Positions 1 to 7,797 of a DNA stretch of 64,000 nt are shown one piece after another. Under the pieces are notes generated by a model, which had not been told where the DNA came from, ran no database searches, and saw only the letters and a list, made by a program, of their open reading frames with translations. A program made the translations under genes and the position numbers. This DNA is from Dehalococcoidia bacterium (GTDB lineage Bacteria > Chloroflexota > Dehalococcoidia > SM23-28-2 > RBG-16-64-32). The stretch lies in contig CAXXTF010000001.1 in assembly GCA_963665775.2 (NCBI GenBank), positions 32,001-96,000 on the forward strand, read 5' to 3'. Positions within the stretch are counted from its first letter, which is position 1. Each line of letters starts with the position of its first letter.

Positions 1-25
1 CGTCTGCCGATTCCGCCACCCCGGC
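1..25 (-). tRNA. tRNA-Leu, 5' part (gene runs off the left window edge); left att junction
   Basis: Minus strand reads GCCGGGGTGGCGGAATCGGCAGACG, a Leu-type acceptor and D arm; 22 bp are identical to 7514-7535. The rest lies outside the window. Confidence 0.8.
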
Positions 26-66
26 CATATCTATATTACCGCTCTTTCTGCCCAGACTCCTTAACA

Positions 67-88
67 TTTGATCACCAAATGGTCACAA
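67..88. repeat. Putative integrase arm-type sites (left)
   Basis: TTTGATCACCAAATGGTCACAA contains tandem TG(A/G)TCAC units that match 7362-7394. Confidence 0.6.
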
Positions 89-92
89 CCGC

Positions 93-1235
93 TCAGATAC
101 TCTCTCGGACGTTGCGTAGTGAGACATCCAGCGCACGGACCGCCTCAGCCTGCAGTCCCGGGAGAACGTGGCTGTAAATGTCCATCGTGATCGCGATTCC
201 GCTATGCCCCAGACGTTCGGATACTATTTTCGGATGCACACCCTGCTGAAGCAAGAGGCTGGCGTGAACATGGCGCAGATCATGGAAGCGGAGGGGGGAT
301 AGGCCGGCCGACTTTACTGCCTTTCTGAAGGCGCGCCTGACGGCGTCTGGGTGCAGCGGCCCACCGGCGTCAGCAGCGAACACAAGGTCCCTGTCGTCGT
401 AGAGAGCACCGACCACGAGTCGACTCTCCAGCTGCTCCCTGCGATGCCGACGTAGTCGGTCAATCGTAGAGAGACCAATGGCAACGGGGCGGGCACCTCT
501 GTGGCTCTTGGGCTGGCGGAAGGTGGGGGCCTGCCTGGACAGCCACTGTAGGGCCTGCCGAACGTAGACCACACCTCCGTCCAGATCCAAGTCTTGCCAC
601 CGCAGGCCCAGCACCTCGCCCAGCCGCAGGCCAGTCATGGCAGCGGTGCGGACTAGGGGACCATGGGGCGTGGAGGCCTCTGCCGCCTCGATGAGGCTGC
701 CTACTGCCTCAAGAGTGAGCATGGGCACCTGATGGCGAGCGGGGCTTGGCGGCTCCACGGCGTCAGCGGGATTCCGTGGCAAGAGCTGCCACTTGAGGGC
801 TTGCTGGAGGGCCTCGCGCACGACCCGGTGAAGCTGGAGTACCGTCCTCGGAGCCCGGCCCCGCGCTAGAAGCTGACGGTAGCACTCTTGCATGTGCAGG
901 GGGCGTAGCTTCGCTAGGGGAAGGCTTCCCAGGTACGGGATCACGTGAATCCGCAGCAGTTCCGCATAGCGCTTCTGTGTGCTGGGCGCAAGTCTGGCCT
1001 CGCCATAATCCCGCAGCCACAGCTCAAGGTATTCCCCTAGAGTTAGCTTGCCAGGCGGGGCGTCGATGCCCTGGTCCCGCTGGTAGAGGAGCTGCGCTAA
1101 GAGGGCTTCTGCCTCTCTCTTGGTCCCTTTCACGGCGCGGCGCACTTGTCGGCGCCTTCCCGTCAGCGGGTCTTTGCCAAGGTCAATGACGACTGACCAC
1201 GACTCCTTGCCGCGCTTCTTAATGTGTCCGGCCAT
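93..1235 (-). CDS. int: Tyrosine recombinase/integrase (phage/ICE type, with N-terminal arm-binding domain)
   Basis: Catalytic motifs TGLRLGE, FHDLRH, LGHS and TMDIYSH; adjacent to the att site. Confidence 0.97.
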   Translation of the reverse strand: MAGHIKKRGKESWSVVIDLGKDPLTGRRRQVRRAVKGTKREAEALLAQLLYQRDQGIDAPPGKLTLGEYLELWLRDYGEARLAPSTQKRYAELLRIHVIPYLGSLPLAKLRPLHMQECYRQLLARGRAPRTVLQLHRVVREALQQALKWQLLPRNPADAVEPPSPARHQVPMLTLEAVGSLIEAAEASTPHGPLVRTAAMTGLRLGEVLGLRWQDLDLDGGVVYVRQALQWLSRQAPTFRQPKSHRGARPVAIGLSTIDRLRRHRREQLESRLVVGALYDDRDLVFAADAGGPLHPDAVRRAFRKAVKSAGLSPLRFHDLRHVHASLLLQQGVHPKIVSERLGHSGIAITMDIYSHVLPGLQAEAVRALDVSLRNVRESI

Positions 1236-1252
1236 GTTACCCTCCTGTCCTG

Positions 1253-2230
1253 CTATGGGGTTGTGTGCCGCTTGCGCTGTCGCCGTTGCCGGTGCCGAAG
1301 AGCGCAGCGGCTCTCACGTTCAAAATCGGCCTTAGGGCAGAATCTTTGACGCCTGTCATTGGGAAAGAAGAGCGTGCCGCAATCGAGGCACTCCCGTGTG
1401 GCACTCTCGGAAATTATGTTGGCCAGATGCCAATACGTCGCGCTAATAAGCGAATCAGAGAAGAACCGCATCCCGAATTGCGGTGATACTTGCTCGCTAA
1501 TACCCAAATAAGAATCCCCGAGGGTCCTGTTTGAACTGATTTGGCGGTAAACACCCGTTAGATTCCTATTCATTACGGACTCAATGATTTGATGAGCGAT
1601 CACCCTAGGATCGATTGTCTTGAGCTGCCAACTACACATAGCGATCGCATCGCGATCCCCGAAGACCAGGGCTGGCGACCAGTCGTTATCTGCACGTTGC
1701 TCGTATCGTTGGAGATTGACAATACGGGCATTCACTTCTGAAAATCGGCGCTTCTGAAGCAGCCTCGTGGCCACCGAATCAATTCCGAATGCTTCCACCG
1801 GCAATCGAAGACCGGTGAGATACTCTTGAATCTTCGTAGGATCACCATTCGCCAGTAATCGGCTCAGTTCCAAGACCGTTCTAATTCCATTGGCATGGGC
1901 CCAAACCCAGCCCATTGGGTCTCCACCAGAAGGCTTTATTCGGTTTCGCTGGGTGGGTTCGATGAGGTTGCTATAACCAAGAAGTCCCCACCGCCGTGCA
2001 AGCGCTGTGGCAGCTGCTTCGTCGCCCGGATGCAGCCGCCCAATTTCACCTACAGCCGGGAAGGCAGTGGCAAATAGGTATACGCGTCTCTCAATGTCGG
2101 TTGTTGGCGACATGACTCCTTCCTGAATTTGATAGTCCGCGTCCACGTACTGGAGAGAAAAGTTTCGTAGGCGACGCGCCTCGCCGACATCATCATCAGA
2201 CGGTGTTATCAGCCGATCGTTATCGGGCAT
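1253..2230 (-). CDS. Hypothetical protein with C-terminal CGNR-type zinc finger (probable element regulator)
   Basis: C-terminal CxxC...FC...C followed by an Arg-rich helix (RECLDCGTLFFPNDRRQRFCP...RCALRHRQRRQRKR); divergent from the excisionase. Confidence 0.65.
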   Translation of the reverse strand: MPDNDRLITPSDDDVGEARRLRNFSLQYVDADYQIQEGVMSPTTDIERRVYLFATAFPAVGEIGRLHPGDEAAATALARRWGLLGYSNLIEPTQRNRIKPSGGDPMGWVWAHANGIRTVLELSRLLANGDPTKIQEYLTGLRLPVEAFGIDSVATRLLQKRRFSEVNARIVNLQRYEQRADNDWSPALVFGDRDAIAMCSWQLKTIDPRVIAHQIIESVMNRNLTGVYRQISSNRTLGDSYLGISEQVSPQFGMRFFSDSLISATYWHLANIISESATRECLDCGTLFFPNDRRQRFCPKADFERESRCALRHRQRRQRKRHTTP

Positions 2231-2240
2231 GGTTTCTTCC

Positions 2241-2288
2241 TATGTAACGACAACGTAACGGTAATATATACATCTATACCGTTACATA
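2241..2288. promoter_or_regulatory. Palindromic operator in the divergent control region
   Basis: GTAACGGTA (2255-2263)/TACCGTTAC (2277-2285) and TATGTAACG (2241-2249)/CGTTACATA (2280-2288) around an AT-rich core. Confidence 0.6.
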
Positions 2289-2290
2289 TC

Positions 2291-2542
2291 ATGCCCCGAT
2301 GGTATACGATGAACGTGGAAATGTCAACATGGGAGGGGATGATAATGGAAGAAACGGGAAAAATCACCTACACAGTGGACCAATGCGCCGTTTTGCTCGG
2401 ATTGTCTCGTAATTCCACCTATGTCGCGATCGCCAGGGGCGAAATTCCTGCGCTACGCCTAGGCCGGCGCATAGTGGTGCCGAGGGCGGCGCTGGAGCAA
2501 TTGCTGGCTTCTGCGGGCAAGAAGCTGCCGGAAGAAGCGTAG
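2291..2542 (+). CDS. Excisionase/HTH_17 DNA-binding protein (true start probably 2339 or 2345)
   Basis: TYTVDQCAVLLGLSRNSTYVAIARGEIPALRLGRRIVVPR is a typical Xis-like winged HTH; GGAGGG RBS. Confidence 0.88.
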   Translation: MPRWYTMNVEMSTWEGMIMEETGKITYTVDQCAVLLGLSRNSTYVAIARGEIPALRLGRRIVVPRAALEQLLASAGKKLPEEA

Positions 2543-2546
2543 TCGA

Positions 2547-4172
2547 TTGGTCACCGAGCTTGCCGGAGTCTTATCGCGGCTTGAAGACGTCAGCAAGCCT
2601 GACGACAAAGGGTACTACCAGGCCGTGTGTCCCTTCCACAAGGAGAAGAGGACCGCCTTAGACTTGCACGCTGTGGCTGGATATAACTGCCATGGCGGAT
2701 GCGGTAGCGGATCCTTGGTGGAGCTAGAAGCACTCCTTGACCTCAGATCTCTGAGTCACAGGCTTCCAGACTGGTCGGGTATCACACCAAGGCACATCGC
2801 CGAGCTGACTGACGTGGTCCGCTTTCCTCTCACTGAATCAGGCAACGCGTCCGTGTTCGCCCACTTGTTCGGCGACGGGGTTCGGTTCCTTCACAGGCAG
2901 GGCGTAGGCGGGGCCGCAGCCGGTGACTGGTACATCTGGGATGGGGTCCGATGGGCTCGGGACGCGGTTGGCGAGGTGGTGGAGATGGCCAAGGTCGTTG
3001 GCCGGGCGAGGAGGCTAGCGGCGGACAGGATCTCCGATCCAGAGGTTGCCAAGAAGGCATGGACGGCGGCAAAGACCGCTAATGGTCGCTACGGCATCAA
3101 CGCCATGCTCGACCTTGCTCGGAGCCTGCCCGGTATCCGCCTGGCCCAAGGCTCCTTCGACCTCGACCCGTGGCCGCTGTGTGTAATCAACGGCACTGTT
3201 GACCTGAAGACAGGTCAGCTACGGGATTCCAAGCCAGAGGATCTCCTGTCCATGCAAGCCGGGGTGGCGTTTGATGCGAACGCCAAGTGTCCAACTTGGC
3301 TGAAGTTTCTTGATGAAGTGTTCTTGAGGGATCAGGAATTGATTGGGTTTGTGCAGCGGCTGGTGGGACATGCCCTAAATGGTCAACCAGCCGTTTACTT
3401 CGCTATCTTCTGGGGTCCTGGTCGAAATGGAAAGAGCACGTTTATTGGAGTGATCCAGGAGCTTCTTGGTGACTACGCTGCCCAGGCACAGATCACCACC
3501 TTCATGCCCCAACGGGCGGAGAAGGTGAGAAACGACCTGGCGCGGCTACTCGGTAAGCGCCTGGTGGGCGCAACTGAGCAGGCTCAGGGCTGGCCCCTCG
3601 ATGAGGGGGTCGTCAAGCAAGTAACCGGTGGTGATAGGGTCGTTGCCCGCTACCTGTACCATGAGCATGAGGAGAAGGTGCCCTTCTTCAAGGTGTGGCT
3701 GGCTGTCAACCATAAGCCCGAGATTGTAGATACCAGCGTAGCAATGTGGGAGCGCTTAGTTATCGTTCCGTTCCTGGCTATCTTCCTGAGGGGAGACGCT
3801 GACCTAGGAATGCGAGACAAGTTGCTGGCAGAGCGGGCGGGAATCCTGAACTGGGCCATTATAGGTTGCCTGACATGGCAGAAGGACGGCCTTAATCCGC
3901 CAAAATCTGTATTGTCTGCAACGGCTGAGTACCGGGAGGAAAGTGACCCGGTGTCTAGGTGGATCGAGGAGAGCTGTGATCTGGGCAAGGGTAAGTCGGT
4001 CAGTGCGGCCATCCTGCATGAATACTACGATCGCTGGGCGAGGGCATATGGCGAGGAGCGGATGAGCCAGAAGAAGTTCGGGACCAGACTGTCGGCCCTC
4101 GGATTTCAGCGCAGGAAAGACTCGAAGGGGTCGATCATTTACGACGGGATCGACCTGGCGATAAAGCCGTGA
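2547..4172 (+). CDS. Phage/plasmid primase-helicase, P4 family (D5_N plus SF3 helicase)
   Basis: N-terminal CPFH...C zinc motif, WDGVRW and NGTVDLKTG (D5_N), Walker A GPGRNGKST, VTGGD..ARYL. Confidence 0.92.
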   Translation: MVTELAGVLSRLEDVSKPDDKGYYQAVCPFHKEKRTALDLHAVAGYNCHGGCGSGSLVELEALLDLRSLSHRLPDWSGITPRHIAELTDVVRFPLTESGNASVFAHLFGDGVRFLHRQGVGGAAAGDWYIWDGVRWARDAVGEVVEMAKVVGRARRLAADRISDPEVAKKAWTAAKTANGRYGINAMLDLARSLPGIRLAQGSFDLDPWPLCVINGTVDLKTGQLRDSKPEDLLSMQAGVAFDANAKCPTWLKFLDEVFLRDQELIGFVQRLVGHALNGQPAVYFAIFWGPGRNGKSTFIGVIQELLGDYAAQAQITTFMPQRAEKVRNDLARLLGKRLVGATEQAQGWPLDEGVVKQVTGGDRVVARYLYHEHEEKVPFFKVWLAVNHKPEIVDTSVAMWERLVIVPFLAIFLRGDADLGMRDKLLAERAGILNWAIIGCLTWQKDGLNPPKSVLSATAEYREESDPVSRWIEESCDLGKGKSVSAAILHEYYDRWARAYGEERMSQKKFGTRLSALGFQRRKDSKGSIIYDGIDLAIKP

Positions 4173-4193
4173 GTGCCGTAGACAGCCACGGTA

Positions 4194-4283
4194 CGGAGGG
4201 TACGGATGATCGATGCGGAAAATTCCCCGGTAAAAATTGAAAATGATGGTGGGGTTTGTCGCATAAACCCTCCGTACCCTCCG
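4194..4283. repeat. Inverted repeats flanking an AT-rich spacer; putative element replication origin
   Basis: Perfect 13-bp IR CGGAGGGTACGGA (4194-4206)/TCCGTACCCTCCG (4271-4283) directly after the primase. Confidence 0.6.
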
Positions 4284-4503
4284 GCCAACGTTACCACGAC
4301 ATTTCCGTATTGGGCGGTCATTCCATCCATGGTATCTGCGAAGTCTGCTTAGCAATTGCCCAACACCACGGATCAGGATGGTCCCAGGTGGTCTTCGATG
4401 GACTGCAGCGAGCAGGTGATGGACGTGACCTTGCCCCCGAAAACGAGTCCAGGCCCAATGTTAGTAATCAGGGGTTCTGGACCAGAGAAAGGGGGCAGAA
4501 GGA

Positions 4504-4782
4504 TTGGGCAGGCAGCATCACACGGCAGAGGAGATCATCAACAAGTTGAGGGAGGCGGAGGTCGGGCTGGCTAAGGGCCTGGCTGTGCCCGAGGTCTGCA
4601 GGAAGCTGGGCGTGGCAGAGCAGACCTACTACCGCTGGCGGAAGGAGTACGGCGGCCTGAGGAGGGAGCAGGCCAAGCGGCTGCGGGAGCTGGAGCAGGA
4701 GAACCTGCGGCTGAAGAAGCTGGTAGCCGATCTCTCCCTGGACAACGCCATCCTGAAGGAGGCGGCGCAGGGAAACTTCTGA
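4504..4782 (+). CDS. IS3 transposase OrfA (HTH_Tnp_1)
   Basis: EEIINKLREAE...TYYRWRKEYGG...LEQENLRLKKLVADLSLD. Confidence 0.93.
   Translation: MGRQHHTAEEIINKLREAEVGLAKGLAVPEVCRKLGVAEQTYYRWRKEYGGLRREQAKRLRELEQENLRLKKLVADLSLDNAILKEAAQGNF
4770..4776 (+). other. -1 programmed ribosomal frameshift site G_GGA_AAC joining OrfA and OrfB
   Basis: X_XXY_YYZ heptamer in the OrfA frame, one codon before the stop; OrfB lies in the -1 frame. Confidence 0.8.
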
Positions 4783-4805
4783 GCCCGGCCAAGAGACGAC
4801 AGGCG

Positions 4806-5669
4806 GTGGTCTGGGTGCGGAATGCGTTGGGCCACGCGGTCATCTCGGAGCGCCGGGCCTGCCAGGCCCTGGGGCAGGAGCGATCGACGCAGCGACGGTG
4901 GGGTTCTCCTCCCGACGATGAAGGGAGGCTGCTGAGGCGGATGGTGGAGCTAGCGACCGAGTACGGGCGCTACGGTTACCGACGGGTGACCGCCCTGCTG
5001 CGAGAGGAGGGTTTTCGGGTGAACCACAAGCGGGTAGAGCGGCTCTGGCGGCGGGAAGGGCTGAAGGTGCCGGCGAAGCAGCCGAAGCGGAGGCGGCTAT
5101 GGCTGACCGATGGCTCCTGCGTTAGGCTCAGGCCGACTGAGCCCAACCACGTCTGGAGCTACGACTTCGTGTTTACCCGCACCAGCGACGGCCGTCCCCT
5201 GCGGCTCTTGACGGTGCTGGACGAGTTCACAAGGGAGTGCCTGGCTATCCAGGTGGCGAGGCAGATCACCAGTGATGACGTGCTGGCAGAGCTGGCCCAG
5301 CTCTTCGTCGAGCGCGGGACGCCTCGCTACCTGCGCTCGGACAACGGGCCAGAGTTCACGGCACGTGCGCTCCGGACCTGGCTAGAGCGGGTAGGCGTGC
5401 AGACTCTGTATATCGAGCCCGGGAGCCCCTGGGAGAACGGCTACATCGAGTCGTTCAATGGGAAGCTACGTGATGAACTATTGAATGGGGAGGTGTTCGA
5501 CACGGTGCTGGAAGCACAGGTCCTCTGCGAGCGGTGGCGACGGAACTACAACGAGGTGCGCCCGCATAGCGCTCTCGGCTACCGGCCGCCAGCACCGCAA
5601 GCGATCGTGCCATGGCCGGGCTCCACCGCGCCATCCCTGGAGACTACGGCGATGGCCACACTAACATAG
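4806..5669 (+). CDS. IS3 transposase OrfB (DDE/rve)
   Basis: YGYRRVTA, WSYDFV, LRSDNGPEF, ENGYIESFNG, RPHSALGY. Confidence 0.95.
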   Translation: MVWVRNALGHAVISERRACQALGQERSTQRRWGSPPDDEGRLLRRMVELATEYGRYGYRRVTALLREEGFRVNHKRVERLWRREGLKVPAKQPKRRRLWLTDGSCVRLRPTEPNHVWSYDFVFTRTSDGRPLRLLTVLDEFTRECLAIQVARQITSDDVLAELAQLFVERGTPRYLRSDNGPEFTARALRTWLERVGVQTLYIEPGSPWENGYIESFNGKLRDELLNGEVFDTVLEAQVLCERWRRNYNEVRPHSALGYRPPAPQAIVPWPGSTAPSLETTAMATLT

Positions 5670-5698
5670 CCTGTGGTAGCGTTTAGGGGGGCAGGTCA

Positions 5699-5858
5699 AC
5701 ATGACGGTTCCGGCCGCAACAGAAGCAGCACCGAATGCCCGGACGCTAGCCCTCGCACCCCTGCGATACAGGACGATGCCGCCTGCAATTCCCGCCGCAC
5801 CGGGTATGCCTATTATCGCTAGAATGACGAAGCCATTTACTTCAATGCCGAAGTCCAT
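5699..5858 (-). pseudogene. Small membrane protein truncated by the IS3 right end
   Basis: AGGAG RBS, hydrophobic ORF that runs into the IS inverted repeat. Confidence 0.5.
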
Positions 5859-6009
5859 TTGCGTTCTCCTTTGATAGGGTACGCACGGTTGAACCGCTCC
5901 TATCCCCCTAGACGGATTGCAGCGCCGAGAAGTTCCAATCCTCCGGCAACCGTTGGTCCGGTCAGGTGAACAGCCGTGACCTCAGCACATGCGCGGGTAC
6001 GGCTCACTC

Positions 6010-6080
6010 CCAGAATTCTGAAAAATCTCGAAGCGAGCCCTCTCCCCCACTCACCTCAGGAGGTCAATTGGGGACGCTTC
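6010..6080 (+). repeat. About 70-bp direct repeat, copy 1
   Basis: CCAGAATTCTGAAAAATCTCGAAGCGAGCCCTC (33 bp identical) plus TGGGGACGCTTC. Confidence 0.85.
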
Positions 6081-6084
6081 AGCC

Positions 6085-6300
6085 TCAGCGGACTAGGTCG
6101 CAGATGTCTACGCCCAGAGCCTTGGCCAGCCTCTCTAAATTGACTAGGGAGACGTTTCGCTCCCCTCGCTCAGCCGAGCTCACATAGGTCCTGTGTAGGC
6201 CAGCCCGGAAGGCCAGCTCCTCCTGGGATAGTCCACGCTCCAGCCGGAGTTACCGGAGCCGTTGTCCAAATCTCGCCTTGATATCTGTGCTCGGCGGCAT
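6085..6300 (-). pseudogene. XRE-family HTH regulator with internal TAA (not in ORF track)
   Basis: [63 protein letters not shown]; TAA at 6250-6252. Confidence 0.85.
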
Positions 6301-6402
6301 AGTAGCCCTCGTGGGGACAATGAAGGCTTGCAGCCGATGGGTCTACAGACTATAAGTAGCATACTAAGAGAAGAGCTTGATCGGACTTGGAGGTAGAGCA
6401 CT

Positions 6403-7149
6403 GTGAGGATGTTAATCTTGCCGTTGACTCTTTGGGTGGCGATGCTGGCCCTTGCGTGCGGCGAGGGGTCAGGGCCAGGACTCGAAGTCCGCGTACAGAC
6501 AGCAACTGAGACACCCATGTTGACATCAGCACCAACGCCTGCGGCCACTCCAGCTTATAACCGTTGGGGGCAAGCGGCTGTCTACGAGAATGGGTGGGAC
6601 AATGTCAAAAGCTGGTGTGACAAATCGCCTACCAGCCTCGATCCATTCCTGTTCTTGGACGATGAACGCTGTATAGAGGAGGCTATGAGATTTGACCGCG
6701 CTAGGTCGGAAGCAATTGAGTTCTTCCAAGCCACTGGGCTCTTCCTTCGCGACTTCGAAGAACTGGGGCTCGTAGATTATGGCCGGGCGAGTGCACCGTG
6801 GTCAAATCAAAACCGGGGGGAGGACTTCCTCTTGAACGGTAGTCCCGATACTCTGCCCTTGTGGAGCCTCGTACCCCCTGATTCAATATGGCAGTATGAG
6901 CCAAGCTATTCTGAGATGCTGGAGCGCTACGGCTACGGCCCTGGTCGGCCATATCCCTGGAAGGAATACGGGAGCCTGGTCGAGAGTGTGCAAGCAGATG
7001 GAGGCGGACAACGCCTGCTGTTCGACTACCCTATCAAAGAGTGTCGTGTCTGCGAGACGGTTGGCTTCTTGCGAGTGGCGTTCGTTTTCGACGCCAGGGG
7101 GCAGTTCATCGATACCCAAATTCTCCCTCTAGTTCCGCCTCGCGAGTAG
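6403..7149 (+). CDS. Putative lipoprotein, unknown function (element cargo)
   Basis: Signal peptide with lipobox LALAC, Pro/Thr linker, GGAGG RBS. Confidence 0.75.
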   Translation: MRMLILPLTLWVAMLALACGEGSGPGLEVRVQTATETPMLTSAPTPAATPAYNRWGQAAVYENGWDNVKSWCDKSPTSLDPFLFLDDERCIEEAMRFDRARSEAIEFFQATGLFLRDFEELGLVDYGRASAPWSNQNRGEDFLLNGSPDTLPLWSLVPPDSIWQYEPSYSEMLERYGYGPGRPYPWKEYGSLVESVQADGGGQRLLFDYPIKECRVCETVGFLRVAFVFDARGQFIDTQILPLVPPRE

Positions 7150-7188
7150 CCCGCGCAAGATGAAACCTGCTGGTGCCGAGGTCGATTT

Positions 7189-7258
7189 CCAGAATTCTGA
7201 AAAATCTCGAAGCGAGCCCTCCTCCCTCAAGGACCGAGTCGCCGAGTGGGGACGCTTC
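7189..7258 (+). repeat. About 70-bp direct repeat, copy 2
   Basis: Same 33-bp core and TGGGGACGCTTC box as 6010-6080. Confidence 0.85.
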
Positions 7259-7284
7259 GCGCCAGGCACCGATCCGGTTCAGGC

Positions 7285-7326
7285 TGACGACAACCTTGAC
7301 GACAACCTGGGTGGATGACGACAACC
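7285..7326 (+). repeat. Three TGACGACAACC direct repeats
   Basis: Copies at 7285, 7297 and 7316. Confidence 0.8.
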
Positions 7327-7361
7327 CGGCTGACTCTGTCAAATGCTAAGGCGTGGCGCAA

Positions 7362-7394
7362 TTGATCACAAAGTGATCACAGACTTGGTGATCA
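7362..7394. repeat. Putative integrase arm-type sites (right)
   Basis: TTGATCACAAAGTGATCACAGACTTGGTGATCA. Confidence 0.6.
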
Positions 7395-7494
7395 GCCCTG
7401 GCAGTCGGCGGTACGTGATGGTAGGCGACTCCGGCATACCAAATACAGACCGGGTCTGAGGAGGACTAGATAACATCACCTGGGACGGCTGCGA

Positions 7495-7538
7495 GCGAAT
7501 TTTAAGTCCGCCGCGTCTGCCGATTCCGCCACCCCAGC
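7495..7538 (-). pseudogene. tRNA-Leu(TAA) 5'-half fragment (right att junction)
   Basis: GCTGGGGTGGCGGAATCGGCAGACGCGGCGGACTTAAAATTCGC covers the acceptor 5' strand, D arm and anticodon arm; no T arm follows. Confidence 0.88.
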
Positions 7539-7602
7539 ACAGATACACTTCCAGCGCATTGAAGGCTATCGCGCCACAGCTACTGCCAACCCCATCCCGC
7601 GC

Positions 7603-7710
7603 CTAGATATCCTCACGGACCAACAGGCCATCTAAATCCTCAACCACCTGCGCTGGAAGTCCCGGTGCCACATACGAGTATATATCCAAGGTCACCGCCG
7701 TGATAGCAGC
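7603..7710 (-). pseudogene. C-terminal relic of a tyrosine integrase
   Basis: ITAVTLDIYSYVAPGLPAQVVEDLDGLL resembles the intact integrase tail IAITMDIYSHVLPGLQAEAVRALD, in the same position relative to a tRNA 5' end. Confidence 0.65.
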
Positions 7711-7723
7711 AGAGAGTAGGAGT

Positions 7724-7752
7724 TTGACGCGATATGGAGTCAGGGGTACGAT
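7724..7752 (+). promoter_or_regulatory. Sigma70-type promoter upstream of the transaldolase-like gene
   Basis: TTGACG-N17-TACGAT. Confidence 0.6.
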
Positions 7753-7797
7753 ACCGTCCGCCGGTGGCACAGCACACTTAGGGATCACGAGGTTGAG

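Larger units (their letters stand above)
4426..5698 (+). mobile_element. IS3-family insertion sequence (1273 bp)
   Basis: TG...CA ends with imperfect IRs TGACCTTGCCCCCGAAAACG / CGTTTAGGGGGGCAGGTCA; orfA plus orfB; no clear target duplication. Confidence 0.93.
1..7538. mobile_element. Integrative, phage-satellite-like element inserted in tRNA-Leu(TAA)
   Basis: Integrase, excisionase and primase-helicase module bounded by direct repeats of the tRNA-Leu 5' half; arm-type-like repeats at both ends; no capsid, terminase or conjugation genes seen. Confidence 0.85.
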
